From the IMG/VR virus record IMGVR_UViG_3300009370_000003: DNA of 64,000 nt; one strand, written 5' to 3'. The stretch is from a virus. The notes beneath the pieces were generated by a model. The model worked only from the letters and a program-made list of their open reading frames with translations. It had not been told where the DNA came from and made no database searches. Below are positions 47,085 through 55,747 of the stretch, piece by piece. The translations under genes and the position numbers were made by a program. The stretch's first letter is position 1. Every line of letters begins with the position of its first letter.

Positions 47085-47692
47085 CCTGTGTATATGTATT
47101 TCACTCCTTTTAATGGTGGGTTTCCTCTATGCTGGTGAGTGAATCCACTGGGCCAGAGTAATAAATCTCCTTGTGCTGGTTTAATTCTTAAAGATTGATA
47201 TAGAAATTCCAGTTCACCACCCTCTTCAACATCATTTAAAAAGACTGCCCATGCAAGTATTGACCTGTAGCTGTCTAACTGATTAGAATGTTCCATATGC
47301 CAGTTATGATATCCTTCGGTCATTTTGGTCTTTTGCATTTTTGCACCACCTACACCTATCCAACTATATTGTCCTTGTATTGGATACTTTCTAAGGAATT
47401 CAGGCATGACCTCATTGTTAACAATATCCACTATTGGTCTAACTACTGGTAATGAACTAGGTGGTATTGTTTGGTGAACAATAGCTTCGTCCTGAATATT
47501 CAATGCACTTGCTCCCATATTGTCAAGTCTGTCTACTGTCATTCCAGCTTCTGAGGCTTCTTCAAATATTCTAATTGCGTCTTCACATAGTTCTCTAGGG
47601 ACACAATTCTCAAAACGATATATGTGTTCACCTAAATCATGTATTTCCTTTTGGTCTTCAGCCCTTTCAAAATTTACTGGTCTTGGATTCAT
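47066..47692 (-). CDS. 2OG-Fe(II) oxygenase (P4H-like)
   Basis: GYH.WH.E, R.LAW..FLNDV.EGGE.EF, WP..FTH.HRGNPPL..KYI.TGW. Confidence 0.9.
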   Translation of the reverse strand: MNPRPVNFERAEDQKEIHDLGEHIYRFENCVPRELCEDAIRIFEEASEAGMTVDRLDNMGASALNIQDEAIVHQTIPPSSLPVVRPIVDIVNNEVMPEFLRKYPIQGQYSWIGVGGAKMQKTKMTEGYHNWHMEHSNQLDSYRSILAWAVFLNDVEEGGELEFLYQSLRIKPAQGDLLLWPSGFTHQHRGNPPLKGVKYIYTGWIDTI

Positions 47693-47931
47693 CGTAGAGG
47701 CTCCCTTTGTTCAAACCACCGCAAGAGAATATACACTCTGATATATGCAATAATGGTCATAAAGAATGTGACCATAGTTCCTGCTATAAATGTGCTCTCT
47801 ACTAACATAAAGTCTATAAAAAACCACAACAATAAGAGATTGAGTGGGTAGTTAATAATCAACCCAGTGAATACTGTTGCAGAAACCTGCTTATGGGTTT
47901 TCTTGTGTTCTTCTATCATACTAAAATTCAT
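47689..47931 (-). CDS. Small membrane protein
   Basis: V.TGL.INYPL, AY.RVY..R.F. Confidence 0.65.
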   Translation of the reverse strand: MNFSMIEEHKKTHKQVSATVFTGLIINYPLNLLLLWFFIDFMLVESTFIAGTMVTFFMTIIAYIRVYILLRWFEQREPLR

Positions 47932-47943
47932 TTCCTTTCCTTT

Positions 47944-48019
47944 TGGTGGAGCTGATAGGAATCGAACCTACGACCTACTGGATGCAAACCAGTCGCTCTC
48001 CCTACTGAGCTACAGCCCC
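47944..48019 (-). tRNA. tRNA-Ala(TGC)
   Basis: GGGGCTGTAGCTCAGTAGGGAGAGCGACTGGTTTGCATCCAGTAGGTCGTAGGTTCGATTCCTATCAGCTCCACCA; G3:U70 pair, encoded CCA. Confidence 0.97.
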
Positions 48020-48663
48020 ATATCATAACCAAATGTTTCATAATCTTCTCTGTAATATTCTTGCACGAGTTTCAAACTCTCTTCTGTCCAGTCTATTGGT
48101 GTACGGGGTATCGCATATCTTAGTTGTGGTTCTATGTCTAATGCTTTCCATATTGTTTTGTCTTCTAACCTATGCCATTGTACTGTTGGGAAATAGTTTT
48201 TGTTTAAACCAAGCATTTCTACCTGTGTATATCTAAACATGGTATTATCAATCATTGTTGTTGGTCTCATATAATTACCATGAACTATGAACTCTTTAAC
48301 AAATTGATTAAACTCTGTATTGACCCAAGGGATACCATTTTCACTTGAATAAGTTAATATCCTATGCAGACTTTCCATTCTATCCTCGGGGTGTCTCACT
48401 GTTGCATAATATTTGTAGTGAGGTCTCAACTTTTTTAACTCTTCAAAAGTTGCATGTTTCTTATGAAACTCAACTGTGCCTCTCATGCGTTTACTATCTA
48501 ATGTGTTAACACTTCTTAATGTCCATATTGCATCAGGAATCGACTGCACCATCAGCTGTCCTTTAAACCCATGCTTTTTTATAAGTGCATGTTCTACACT
48601 GGTTCCGCCTGTTCTAGGTATGTGAACATATCCTATAAGTGCTTCGTCTAATATCATTTGCAA
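48010..48663 (-). CDS. Sulfotransferase family 2 protein
   Basis: HIPRTGGTS (5'-PSB), VRHPEDRMES (3'-PB), YY.EDY..FGY. Confidence 0.85.
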   Translation of the reverse strand: MQMILDEALIGYVHIPRTGGTSVEHALIKKHGFKGQLMVQSIPDAIWTLRSVNTLDSKRMRGTVEFHKKHATFEELKKLRPHYKYYATVRHPEDRMESLHRILTYSSENGIPWVNTEFNQFVKEFIVHGNYMRPTTMIDNTMFRYTQVEMLGLNKNYFPTVQWHRLEDKTIWKALDIEPQLRYAIPRTPIDWTEESLKLVQEYYREDYETFGYDMGL

Positions 48664-48715
48664 ATCTCATGTATATAATATAGTCCAATGTGATACCAAA
48701 ATGTACTTAAATAAC

Positions 48716-48931
48716 TCATTTGAATACTATCTTTGCCAGTCCCAGTTTGTTTCTTCGGTCTATCTCTACTCTAACCTTCGCTCTGAGCTTAGGTTTGATG
48801 CCCTCTTTGTTATATGCTTCAATTAAATCTGCATTTGATTTACATTTCATATAATCGTGGACAACACTTGTTTTGCCTGTCACACGGTCATATTGATTTG
48901 ATGATTTACTAAATTTAATCGGTGGCATCAC
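48716..48931 (-). CDS. Small basic hypothetical protein
   Basis: Overlapping operon ORF. Confidence 0.6.
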   Translation of the reverse strand: MMPPIKFSKSSNQYDRVTGKTSVVHDYMKCKSNADLIEAYNKEGIKPKLRAKVRVEIDRRNKLGLAKIVFK

Positions 48932-49589
48932 TCTCCTCTAGTTTAATGTCTATTGGTAATCGAATAGCGTTCTCTATATATAAATCGTTTAACTCCTCAT
49001 TAGGGATTGGCTCACCGAACCATATTGCAAGACAATACCTTTCTCCATACTGTATGGGTTCAACAGTGTGCCAAACTTCTGTTGAATTATTAAATGCAAC
49101 TATGGTTCCTCTTTTAGTTAAGAATCTATGGCCACCGACATTGAGTTGACCACCTATGAAATGGTCGTTTAAGAATACTATTGCTGTCCCAGTGTCATTA
49201 TCATCAGCAATGTCCATATGCCAAGGGAAATGACTGCCCTCTTCATACTTTATTATCTGCATGTAATTGATTCTTCCAAATGCCCACCCTTTGGGTAATG
49301 CCCATTCAATTCTTTCTAGGATATAATCTCGCTCTGGGCCGGCATATACATTGCAATGTATTTTACCACCGTGTTCATAAGCGTGGTTTTGACCGTCAAA
49401 CTCTTTATCTACTGGTGTAAATTTACTATCGGCGATTGACTCTACTTCAACGAATGGTATTTCATTAAACACATTTATTATTTCATCACATATCCACCCT
49501 TGTAATACTTCGTCATGAATAACCATAAAGTTACCACTATTCTGTTTTGGTTGATCGGTCTGTGTGCCTGTTACGGTTTGTTTGGGCAT
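48915..49589 (-). CDS. 2OG-Fe(II) oxygenase (P4H-like)
   Basis: Y.EG.HF.WH.D, FLND.F.GG, H.V.P...G.RY. Confidence 0.88.
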   Translation of the reverse strand: MPKQTVTGTQTDQPKQNSGNFMVIHDEVLQGWICDEIINVFNEIPFVEVESIADSKFTPVDKEFDGQNHAYEHGGKIHCNVYAGPERDYILERIEWALPKGWAFGRINYMQIIKYEEGSHFPWHMDIADDNDTGTAIVFLNDHFIGGQLNVGGHRFLTKRGTIVAFNNSTEVWHTVEPIQYGERYCLAIWFGEPIPNEELNDLYIENAIRLPIDIKLEESDATD

Positions 49590-50278
49590 TATTTTATCCT
49601 CGGGTAATAGAACATAACTTGTGAGTATCTATAGTTGTCTTTGTATACATTATAATCTGTTATATATGCACCATGCATTTTATTGCCTGTGAATAGAGCT
49701 GCACGATTAAATTTAGCTGGTATGATATGTTTTAAATCCATCATTTCTTCTACTGGTTGTAGTAATCCCTCTTGTTCCATATTTGGAACCCAACCCGCTT
49801 CATATACTGCAGTTCCACCATTCTCTTGTTTATCAAGATAGACTAACATATTAATAACTGCTTGATTGTCGGGGTCTTCAAAGTTTCCGTCTATGTGTGG
49901 GTAGTGTTGCAAGTGAGGGTCAAAGACATTAATAGTCTTGAAACAATTAACCTCTATATCATCTCGGTATTCATAGTCTCCTTTCCACCATTTCTCTCTA
50001 CATATTTCAAGGATTCTCTCATTTGCGTTTCTCCATAGTCTTGTAGGGTGTCCTACCTTATCAACTATCCTTGCATCAATATAATCTATTCCATTAGGTG
50101 ATTGTCTTTCTTCATTGTATTTCCATAATGGAATATCTCTTTTGGAGATATGAGCATAGACAGCTTCAGGGTCTTCATAATAATTGTCTATTGTGAAACA
50201 CTGTAAATCTTCATGCCATTCAATATCCCATTCCTCTGAAGCTTGCTTGTATAAACTGTCGATACTATAGAAACTCAT
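49589..50278 (-). CDS. 2OG-Fe(II) oxygenase-like protein
   Basis: IDN.Y.DP, PH.D, VYL, GGT..Y, KFNR, HG, R..QV.F. Confidence 0.82.
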   Translation of the reverse strand: MSFYSIDSLYKQASEEWDIEWHEDLQCFTIDNYYEDPEAVYAHISKRDIPLWKYNEERQSPNGIDYIDARIVDKVGHPTRLWRNANERILEICREKWWKGDYEYRDDIEVNCFKTINVFDPHLQHYPHIDGNFEDPDNQAVINMLVYLDKQENGGTAVYEAGWVPNMEQEGLLQPVEEMMDLKHIIPAKFNRAALFTGNKMHGAYITDYNVYKDNYRYSQVMFYYPRIK

Positions 50279-51002
50279 ATGACAACTCCGTCCCTTCTTC
50301 GTTATTGTTTATAGGGCTGTTATGTTTTAAGTTAAATGATATTGCAACTCGTCTAAAGTCACCTTCCTCTCGATTGATAGAATGAAATACATTACTCGGC
50401 CACATAAAACATTCTCCTTGAGTCGGAGTGATTTGTATATCTTGGTGATTGCCCGTTTGTCCTATAGCCACTGTGTTCGGCATATGTTCTTGTTTCATTT
50501 CGTCTCTTTTATGTCCCCAACTAAATTGTGATTGAATATTTGGACTGTGGAAATTTATGGGTTGGCCACCGTCATTCACTGGATAGTATGTTCCACTGAC
50601 CATTGAGTCTTGGTGATTATGTGGTAGGTGGTCGAGGTCTGCTTGCCAAACACTAACCCATGAGAATAGGTGAATATCATGTCTGCTTAAATTAGAGACT
50701 TCCATATGCCATTGGGATTGAATGAAAGATATGTAAGTATCTTTAACTTGATTTGCAAAATCTTCATACCAAGGAAACTCACACATTTCTTGTCTTTGTT
50801 CTTCAAAGAAATAGGTTGTGTAATATCGTCTTGGGTCGTCTTCGAATTGTTTGATTTTATCAATCAGTGATTCACAATCTTTTGCCACACCTTCATGTGG
50901 TAAAAGAAGACCACCTCTTAAAAAAGGTGTGGGGAATATGTAGTCAACTACATATGAGAATGGTTGAAAACTATTCTCGTTATTGATTATCGGGGGCTTC
51001 AT
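50265..51002 (-). CDS. 2OG-Fe(II) oxygenase-like protein
   Basis: IFPTP, SW, H..HNH, SGTYY, WPS...H, R..ISFN. Confidence 0.85.
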   Translation of the reverse strand: MKPPIINNENSFQPFSYVVDYIFPTPFLRGGLLLPHEGVAKDCESLIDKIKQFEDDPRRYYTTYFFEEQRQEMCEFPWYEDFANQVKDTYISFIQSQWHMEVSNLSRHDIHLFSWVSVWQADLDHLPHNHQDSMVSGTYYPVNDGGQPINFHSPNIQSQFSWGHKRDEMKQEHMPNTVAIGQTGNHQDIQITPTQGECFMWPSNVFHSINREEGDFRRVAISFNLKHNSPINNNEEGTELSYEFL

Positions 51003-51048
51003 TCTTTATCACTTTTTTCATGTTATAACATTATTTAGTCGTCAAAGT

Positions 51049-51255
51049 TCAGTCTTCAAATGAAACTACTATCTCACATATATGGTCTGTATCATTACAA
51101 AATTCTTTTACGAAATCTGAAGCAAAGAGTAATTCCTCTCTGCTTCTGACTTCTAATCTGACAACATTTCTGTTATCAATTTCGGTTGAATTGCTTTTGA
51201 CCAATTCATCGGTGAGCTCATTACGATTTCTGAATTGTCGTAAGAGGCTTACTCT
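51049..51255 (-). CDS. -1 frame extension of the upstream lipoprotein (68 codons, no ATG/GTG)
   Basis: Open frame RVSLLRQFRNR...CEIVVSFED*, entered via C CCA AAA at 51255-51261. Confidence 0.6.
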   Translation of the reverse strand, partial: RVSLLRQFRNRNELTDELVKSNSTEIDNRNVVRLEVRSREELLFASDFVKEFCNDTDHICEIVVSFED

Positions 51256-51527
51256 TTTGGGCTTTCTGTCGCTTCTTCACCTTGTATCGCATTAGTTTCT
51301 TCATCGATGTAATCGGCAGCTTCCGCTACAACACCTGCTGTGGTATCACCCACAAATGCAGCTGCATCAACAACATCTTCTGTTACTGCTGAAACAATTT
51401 GAGAAGTACCAGTTACAACTGAATCAACAGTGCCTGTGACAACAGTTTTACCTGCTTCCCAAACTCCGCCGACTGTTGAACAACCAGCAATTAAGACTAG
51501 AAAACTTATAGCTATTAAGTTTTTCAT
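51249..51527 (-). CDS. Small lipoprotein
   Basis: MKNLIAISFLVLIAG-C lipobox; amphipathic repeats; AAGGA RBS. Confidence 0.8.
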   Translation of the reverse strand: MKNLIAISFLVLIAGCSTVGGVWEAGKTVVTGTVDSVVTGTSQIVSAVTEDVVDAAAFVGDTTAGVVAEAADYIDEETNAIQGEEATESPKE

Positions 51528-51539
51528 ATCTGTTCTTCC

Positions 51540-51560
51540 TTATTATTATTATTATTATTA
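51540..51560 (-). repeat. (TAA)7 tract next to the RBS
   Basis: ttattattattattattatta on +. Confidence 0.9.
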
Positions 51561-51752
51561 CTGCTCAAACTGAGCCAGTAGATTATTTGCACTCCATGTG
51601 CAACAATATAGTATTTAGGTGTTAATGGTTCTCCAAAAGCTCATTTAAATGGGCTGTGTGATACCAAATGTCATACATTATCTCCAGTGCATGAAGCACT
51701 AGCATAATAGACAATAGCAATGCACATATCTTTAACCACTTTATCTGATGTT

Positions 51753-52301
51753 TCACTCTTTATCTTTATCTCGTGGGAATAGACCGACACTTGGTCTTCT
51801 TGATTCATCCTCTAATTTCACTCCAACACCGACTGCTGGTTCATCTTTAATGGTGACATTCCTATAATATATAATGACTTCACCCATCTGTTTGATGTAT
51901 CGTCTTAATTCTTGCATATTTGCAGACATGGCTTCATAGTCACCAATCGTAGTTGCAACAAATACGACGCTTCCACCATTCTTATCTTTAATGTCATCTA
52001 AGAATCTATCAAGATAAGTATAACCTTCTGGCCAATCAGGATTCTCTTTACCCAGTTTACAAGATTTGTCTTCATTTCTTTCTCTTATACCTTCCTCATT
52101 CTTGAGACAAGGATTGGCAATCTTTGCTTCAGATACAACATACCATTGTGGTTCAATCAAATTGATTTCCCTTGGTAATTGAGGTTGCATGATTTCAATC
52201 TCTATGGGTTTGGAAACTATCTCCACCTCTTTGGTTCCCATTAGGGAACACGAACTAAGGAGTGTTACCGCTATTAAGGCTGCTAAGCTCTTTGCTATCA
52301 T
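51753..52301 (-). CDS. Putative o-spanin (Rz1-like lipoprotein)
   Basis: LLSSC lipobox, Pro-rich, YE.MS.NMQELRRYI..I.YY; overlaps the i-spanin. Confidence 0.75.
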   Translation of the reverse strand: MIAKSLAALIAVTLLSSCSLMGTKEVEIVSKPIEIEIMQPQLPREINLIEPQWYVVSEAKIANPCLKNEEGIRERNEDKSCKLGKENPDWPEGYTYLDRFLDDIKDKNGGSVVFVATTIGDYEAMSANMQELRRYIKQMGEVIIYYRNVTIKDEPAVGVGVKLEDESRRPSVGLFPRDKDKE

Positions 52302-52635
52302 CTTCTATACTCTTAAATACATCAGCTGTTCCTTTGTTTATTCGGATTTCAATTAAGCCCGGCCTTGCCTCTGCCAACTGATTTAAATTATGCCTACGAA
52401 ATATATCTAAGTATTCGTTCTTCTCCTGCTCAATCTGAGCATTACGAGCTGTCATTTGCATTAAGGATTGACCTTGCTTCTCATATGACTCTTTCATCAC
52501 TGCCATTGCAGCTGTCTGTTCTTCGATTGCAACTTCGAGCTTATAGTTATTTGCTTTCAGTGTTTGATTATCACTGTATAAGAAATAACTAAAAAGACCA
52601 AGTGCAACCAGTAAACCTATTAATACTTGTTGCAT
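52255..52635 (-). CDS. Putative i-spanin (Rz-like)
   Basis: N-terminal TM plus coiled coil, A..RPGLIE.RIN.GT. Confidence 0.75.
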   Translation of the reverse strand: MQQVLIGLLVALGLFSYFLYSDNQTLKANNYKLEVAIEEQTAAMAVMKESYEKQGQSLMQMTARNAQIEQEKNEYLDIFRRHNLNQLAEARPGLIEIRINKGTADVFKSIEDDSKELSSLNSGNTP

Positions 52636-52907
52636 TATACTTCCTCTATTCGATAATTTAATCCAGCTGCTGATCGAATCACTACTGGACTTTTATCGTT
52701 ATCTATGAACTTGAGTTCATTTGTTGTTTGTTTTGTGATTTTTCGGACATCTTCAAAGTATTGGTCATCACTATCACCCCATTCACTATTGTAAGATACA
52801 TGTATATTATATCTCGTAACAAAAAGAGACCGAACCCACTCATATAGGGTTCTCATTATTTTCTTAAATTTAAGATAAAACTTTCTCTTTCTTGTCATTT
52901 TGCCCAT
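52635..52907 (-). CDS. Hypothetical protein
   Basis: Coupled ORF; TATAAATA at 52913-52920. Confidence 0.65.
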   Translation of the reverse strand: MGKMTRKRKFYLKFKKIMRTLYEWVRSLFVTRYNIHVSYNSEWGDSDDQYFEDVRKITKQTTNELKFIDNDKSPVVIRSAAGLNYRIEEV

Positions 52908-52925
52908 ACTGTTATTTATAGCATA

Positions 52926-52948
52926 AGAAAAACCACCCGAAGGTGGTC
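52926..52948 (-). terminator. Intrinsic terminator with UUCG loop
   Basis: ACCACC-TTCG-GGTGGT-TTTTCTT. Confidence 0.85.
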
Positions 52949-53007
52949 TTCCCTAGAAAGGGCGGTTGGGTAATGAACCCAACTCTTATACTAGACTCAT
53001 GTAGCCC

Positions 53008-54090
53008 TTAATCCTCTCTTTTTCCAACACCCCAATCAATTACGACTGGAAATCTTGGAATGTTATCTACTGACCTTTCGAAAAATCGACAAGTCACCCA
53101 TGTTGGTTTCACTTCTTGTTCTAGAAGTTCTTTCAAGGTTTCTTGATTACCTCTAACACCACTATTAAATGTTTCTGTTCCGTCTGTAAGAATAAAGTGT
53201 TTAGCATATCCAGCCCAGTTACCTGAACCTTCTAATACTTCTACAACATCAAACTCTTCTGTGATAAACTCTTTTCTTTTAAGAAGATTCTTACTTCTCT
53301 TGTTGTCATATGGTGTGTCGTTACGAACCATTTGTCCTTCGTAACCAGCTTCTGTGTATTCTGAATACAGTTCGTCTAACTGTTCTTGGTCATTACAAAC
53401 AGAAGTTTCAACAGTAACTATTGGAAGTTCAAACATTTGGTCTTCTATAAACATCATTCTATCTAGAAAATTATCTGTTCCCGCCATATCATATACATGA
53501 TATTGAACTTTATCAAATGTTTCAATCTGTTCTTCTTCTGTTGGTTTTACTTTCCTAACAAGACTTACAATCTTTTGGAAGTCTGACTTTAATTCGTGAT
53601 TGTAAAGCTCACCGTCTAAAATAACATCAGGGTACTCTTTAAAAAACGGTTCAAGTGCTACGAATATATGTTCACAAGTTGTAATCTCTTTACCAGCTCT
53701 TGTGTAAAGTCCGTCTTTCCTTGCAATGCACCTAATACCATCTAACTTAGGTTGACTAATACCACTTGATTGTGGTCTTTTTGTGTAGTCATGTGCAAGT
53801 TGTGGTTTAAACTTATCGTAGGTATCAATCTTTTTAATATCTTCAAAGTATTCTTTTTCTACTTTTTTATCCCAATCTGCATTAGCTTCTTTGACTGCTT
53901 GTTCAAAAGCAGTAGTAGCATTAGCTTTACCTTCATTCTTAGGGGTGGCTTCTTTCCAACCACTCTTAACTAAGTTACCTTCATGAATTCCAGCAATCGT
54001 TCTAGTTGCAGCATCTTTATATTGGATAGTCCATTCACGAACCTTTCCAGTTGTATCTCTTTTATAGAGGGTTGGTAAACTATTAATCAT
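53008..54090 (-). CDS. lig: ATP-dependent DNA ligase
   Basis: QPKLDGIR, LDGELY, YHVYD, GYEGQM.R, LLKRK; likely start MINSLPTLYK. Confidence 0.93.
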   Translation of the reverse strand: MINSLPTLYKRDTTGKVREWTIQYKDAATRTIAGIHEGNLVKSGWKEATPKNEGKANATTAFEQAVKEANADWDKKVEKEYFEDIKKIDTYDKFKPQLAHDYTKRPQSSGISQPKLDGIRCIARKDGLYTRAGKEITTCEHIFVALEPFFKEYPDVILDGELYNHELKSDFQKIVSLVRKVKPTEEEQIETFDKVQYHVYDMAGTDNFLDRMMFIEDQMFELPIVTVETSVCNDQEQLDELYSEYTEAGYEGQMVRNDTPYDNKRSKNLLKRKEFITEEFDVVEVLEGSGNWAGYAKHFILTDGTETFNSGVRGNQETLKELLEQEVKPTWVTCRFFERSVDNIPRFPVVIDWGVGKRED

Positions 54091-54590
54091 TTGTTTCTTA
54101 ATTCCTTTAATGCATTGATTGTATCTCTTGCACAAGTGTGAACAATTCCAATACCACCAGCATCTTCCCAAGCTTTAATGTTCTTTGGTCTGTCGTCTAT
54201 CAATACATTGCCCGGCAATGCATATGCAGCCTTCTGTGTTCCAGTAAATGTGCAGTTGACTACAACACTCGGGTCAACCCATTTAGCAGTCCAAGCTTTC
54301 TTGTCATAAACTACTAACTCTCTGTTTACTAAACCAGCAGCAGTCAAAATCTCCCATGGCAATCCAGTGTGCTTGATATATGCAACCAAGTCATACATGT
54401 CAATCATAGGTGGAAGATTTGCAAACATTCTTTTGTTCGTTAATTCTTCCTTTCTCTTGTCATAGTCGGAGTGACCTTTGTCGTCATTAGTCATAGGGTG
54501 ACCAATATATTCCTCACAACCCTTCAAAAAGTCGGTAAGAACACCGTCCATGTCCACAAAAATATAATTTATCTTTGTATTTTCTACCAT
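54087..54590 (-). CDS. HAD 5'(3')-deoxyribonucleotidase-like protein
   Basis: DMDGVL.DF, ILTA, K..W, LIDDR..N...W...GG. Confidence 0.85.
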   Translation of the reverse strand: MVENTKINYIFVDMDGVLTDFLKGCEEYIGHPMTNDDKGHSDYDKRKEELTNKRMFANLPPMIDMYDLVAYIKHTGLPWEILTAAGLVNRELVVYDKKAWTAKWVDPSVVVNCTFTGTQKAAYALPGNVLIDDRPKNIKAWEDAGGIGIVHTCARDTINALKELRNK

Positions 54591-54811
54591 TCTTTGTAGA
54601 ACCCTTCTTTTTCGTTATCGTTATAACCTTTCATGTAAATCTTTATTTCATATGGAGTTAATTCTGTCACCCTAGGGCCGTTATAGGTTCCAAGGGGAAA
54701 GTAGTGAGGATTTATACCTCGTCTATAATAAGAGTCGCAAGTACCTCTATCGTAAAGACCACCATTGACTGTATGTTTTTCTGCAATTCCTTCTGTATTA
54801 TATGGACTCAT
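54584..54811 (-). CDS. Conserved phage hypothetical protein
   Basis: GG.YDRG..DSYYRR...PHY; GGAG RBS before the internal Met. Confidence 0.65.
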   Translation of the reverse strand: MSPYNTEGIAEKHTVNGGLYDRGTCDSYYRRGINPHYFPLGTYNGPRVTELTPYEIKIYMKGYNDNEKEGFYKEW

Positions 54812-54841
54812 AATTACTCCTTTTTTCCCATTTCTACATAC

Positions 54842-54871
54842 ATTATACTTAAAAATGGAAGGCATTGTCAA
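54842..54871 (-). promoter_or_regulatory. Sigma70-type early promoter
   Basis: TTGACA-ATGCCTTCCATTTTTAAG-TATAAT. Confidence 0.8.
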
Positions 54872-55182
54872 GGCAAAAAGGGCTGTTTTTCGTAAATATA
54901 TGCCTCATTTTCGTCTATTTTTCCGTCAATTAGCACCTGTTTTAGGTGCATCATCTCATGAGCAAGGGTTATTTCCTTCTCATCGTCCATTTTGATATAA
55001 ATGTCAATATAAGTCCTTTTTCCTAGGACTCTAGGGTACTCTATAAGGCCCTTTTGGGACATAGATGGGGGTAACCTCTTGATATGGACTATAGCGTCCT
55101 TAGAATCGACGCTAAGTGCCTTAGAATGCATTACTGCAAGGTCAAGTAATCTGTCTTGTTTACAGTAAATCTCCATTATCAT
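54868..55182 (-). CDS. Putative HEXXH metallopeptidase
   Basis: TLAHEMMHLKQ...ENEAY. Confidence 0.65.
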   Translation of the reverse strand: MIMEIYCKQDRLLDLAVMHSKALSVDSKDAIVHIKRLPPSMSQKGLIEYPRVLGKRTYIDIYIKMDDEKEITLAHEMMHLKQVLIDGKIDENEAYIYEKQPFLP

Positions 55183-55333
55183 ACTCTAGTTCTTCGACTT
55201 GGTCAGGGTCGACTTCACAACCACAAAATGGACAATGACATACAACATAATGGTGGATATCCATTTCATGTTCTATATCACACTCTGATTTGCAATTTGA
55301 ACAATAACACTTAATTATTTGAGATTCAGTCAT
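55160..55333 (-). CDS. Small zinc-ribbon protein
   Basis: CSNC...CPFCG; ATGA coupling; not in ORF track. Confidence 0.65.
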   Translation of the reverse strand: MTESQIIKCYCSNCKSECDIEHEMDIHHYVVCHCPFCGCEVDPDQVEELEYDNGDLL

Positions 55334-55575
55334 GATAGTTTCTTTTCTCCTATCGCTTCAGTGAATAAATTTTCCATACTTTTCTTCTTGCCGTTGATAG
55401 TCGCGTATGGAAGTGGGTGTGGACTATCACTTAAATAAAAATCTAGACCCTCTATATAGACACGAACTTCTGCACTTGTATTGTCTATGCGAATGCTTCT
55501 AAAGATATGCTGATACCTCATACATTCTACATCCCAATCCTTTTCTTTGGGAAGATATAATTTAAATTTCTTCAC
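55330..55575 (-). CDS. Hypothetical protein
   Basis: Operon ORF. Confidence 0.55.
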   Translation of the reverse strand: MKKFKLYLPKEKDWDVECMRYQHIFRSIRIDNTSAEVRVYIEGLDFYLSDSPHPLPYATINGKKKSMENLFTEAIGEKKLS

Positions 55576-55747
55576 CTACATATCTCTCTTTAAGATACTT
55601 TTGCCATAACCAATCAGTATATTTAGCAACATAGGCTTCTCTATCTAATCTATTTGGTGCTGATAATGGGTCGTTGTGTTCGTCACAATAGTCTAACCAC
55701 ATTCTTGTGCAGAATGATCTAAACGGTGCTTCTGTTCTATCCACCAT
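55562..55747 (-). CDS. Hypothetical protein (start uncertain)
   Basis: FRSFC.RMWLDYCDE. Confidence 0.55.
   Translation of the reverse strand: MVDRTEAPFRSFCTRMWLDYCDEHNDPLSAPNRLDREAYVAKYTDWLWQKYLKERYVGEEI

Noticed and set aside
53008-54171. N-terminal extension MGRCWWYW.. on the ligase
   Set aside because: Overlaps the upstream gene; start at 54090 fits ATGA coupling
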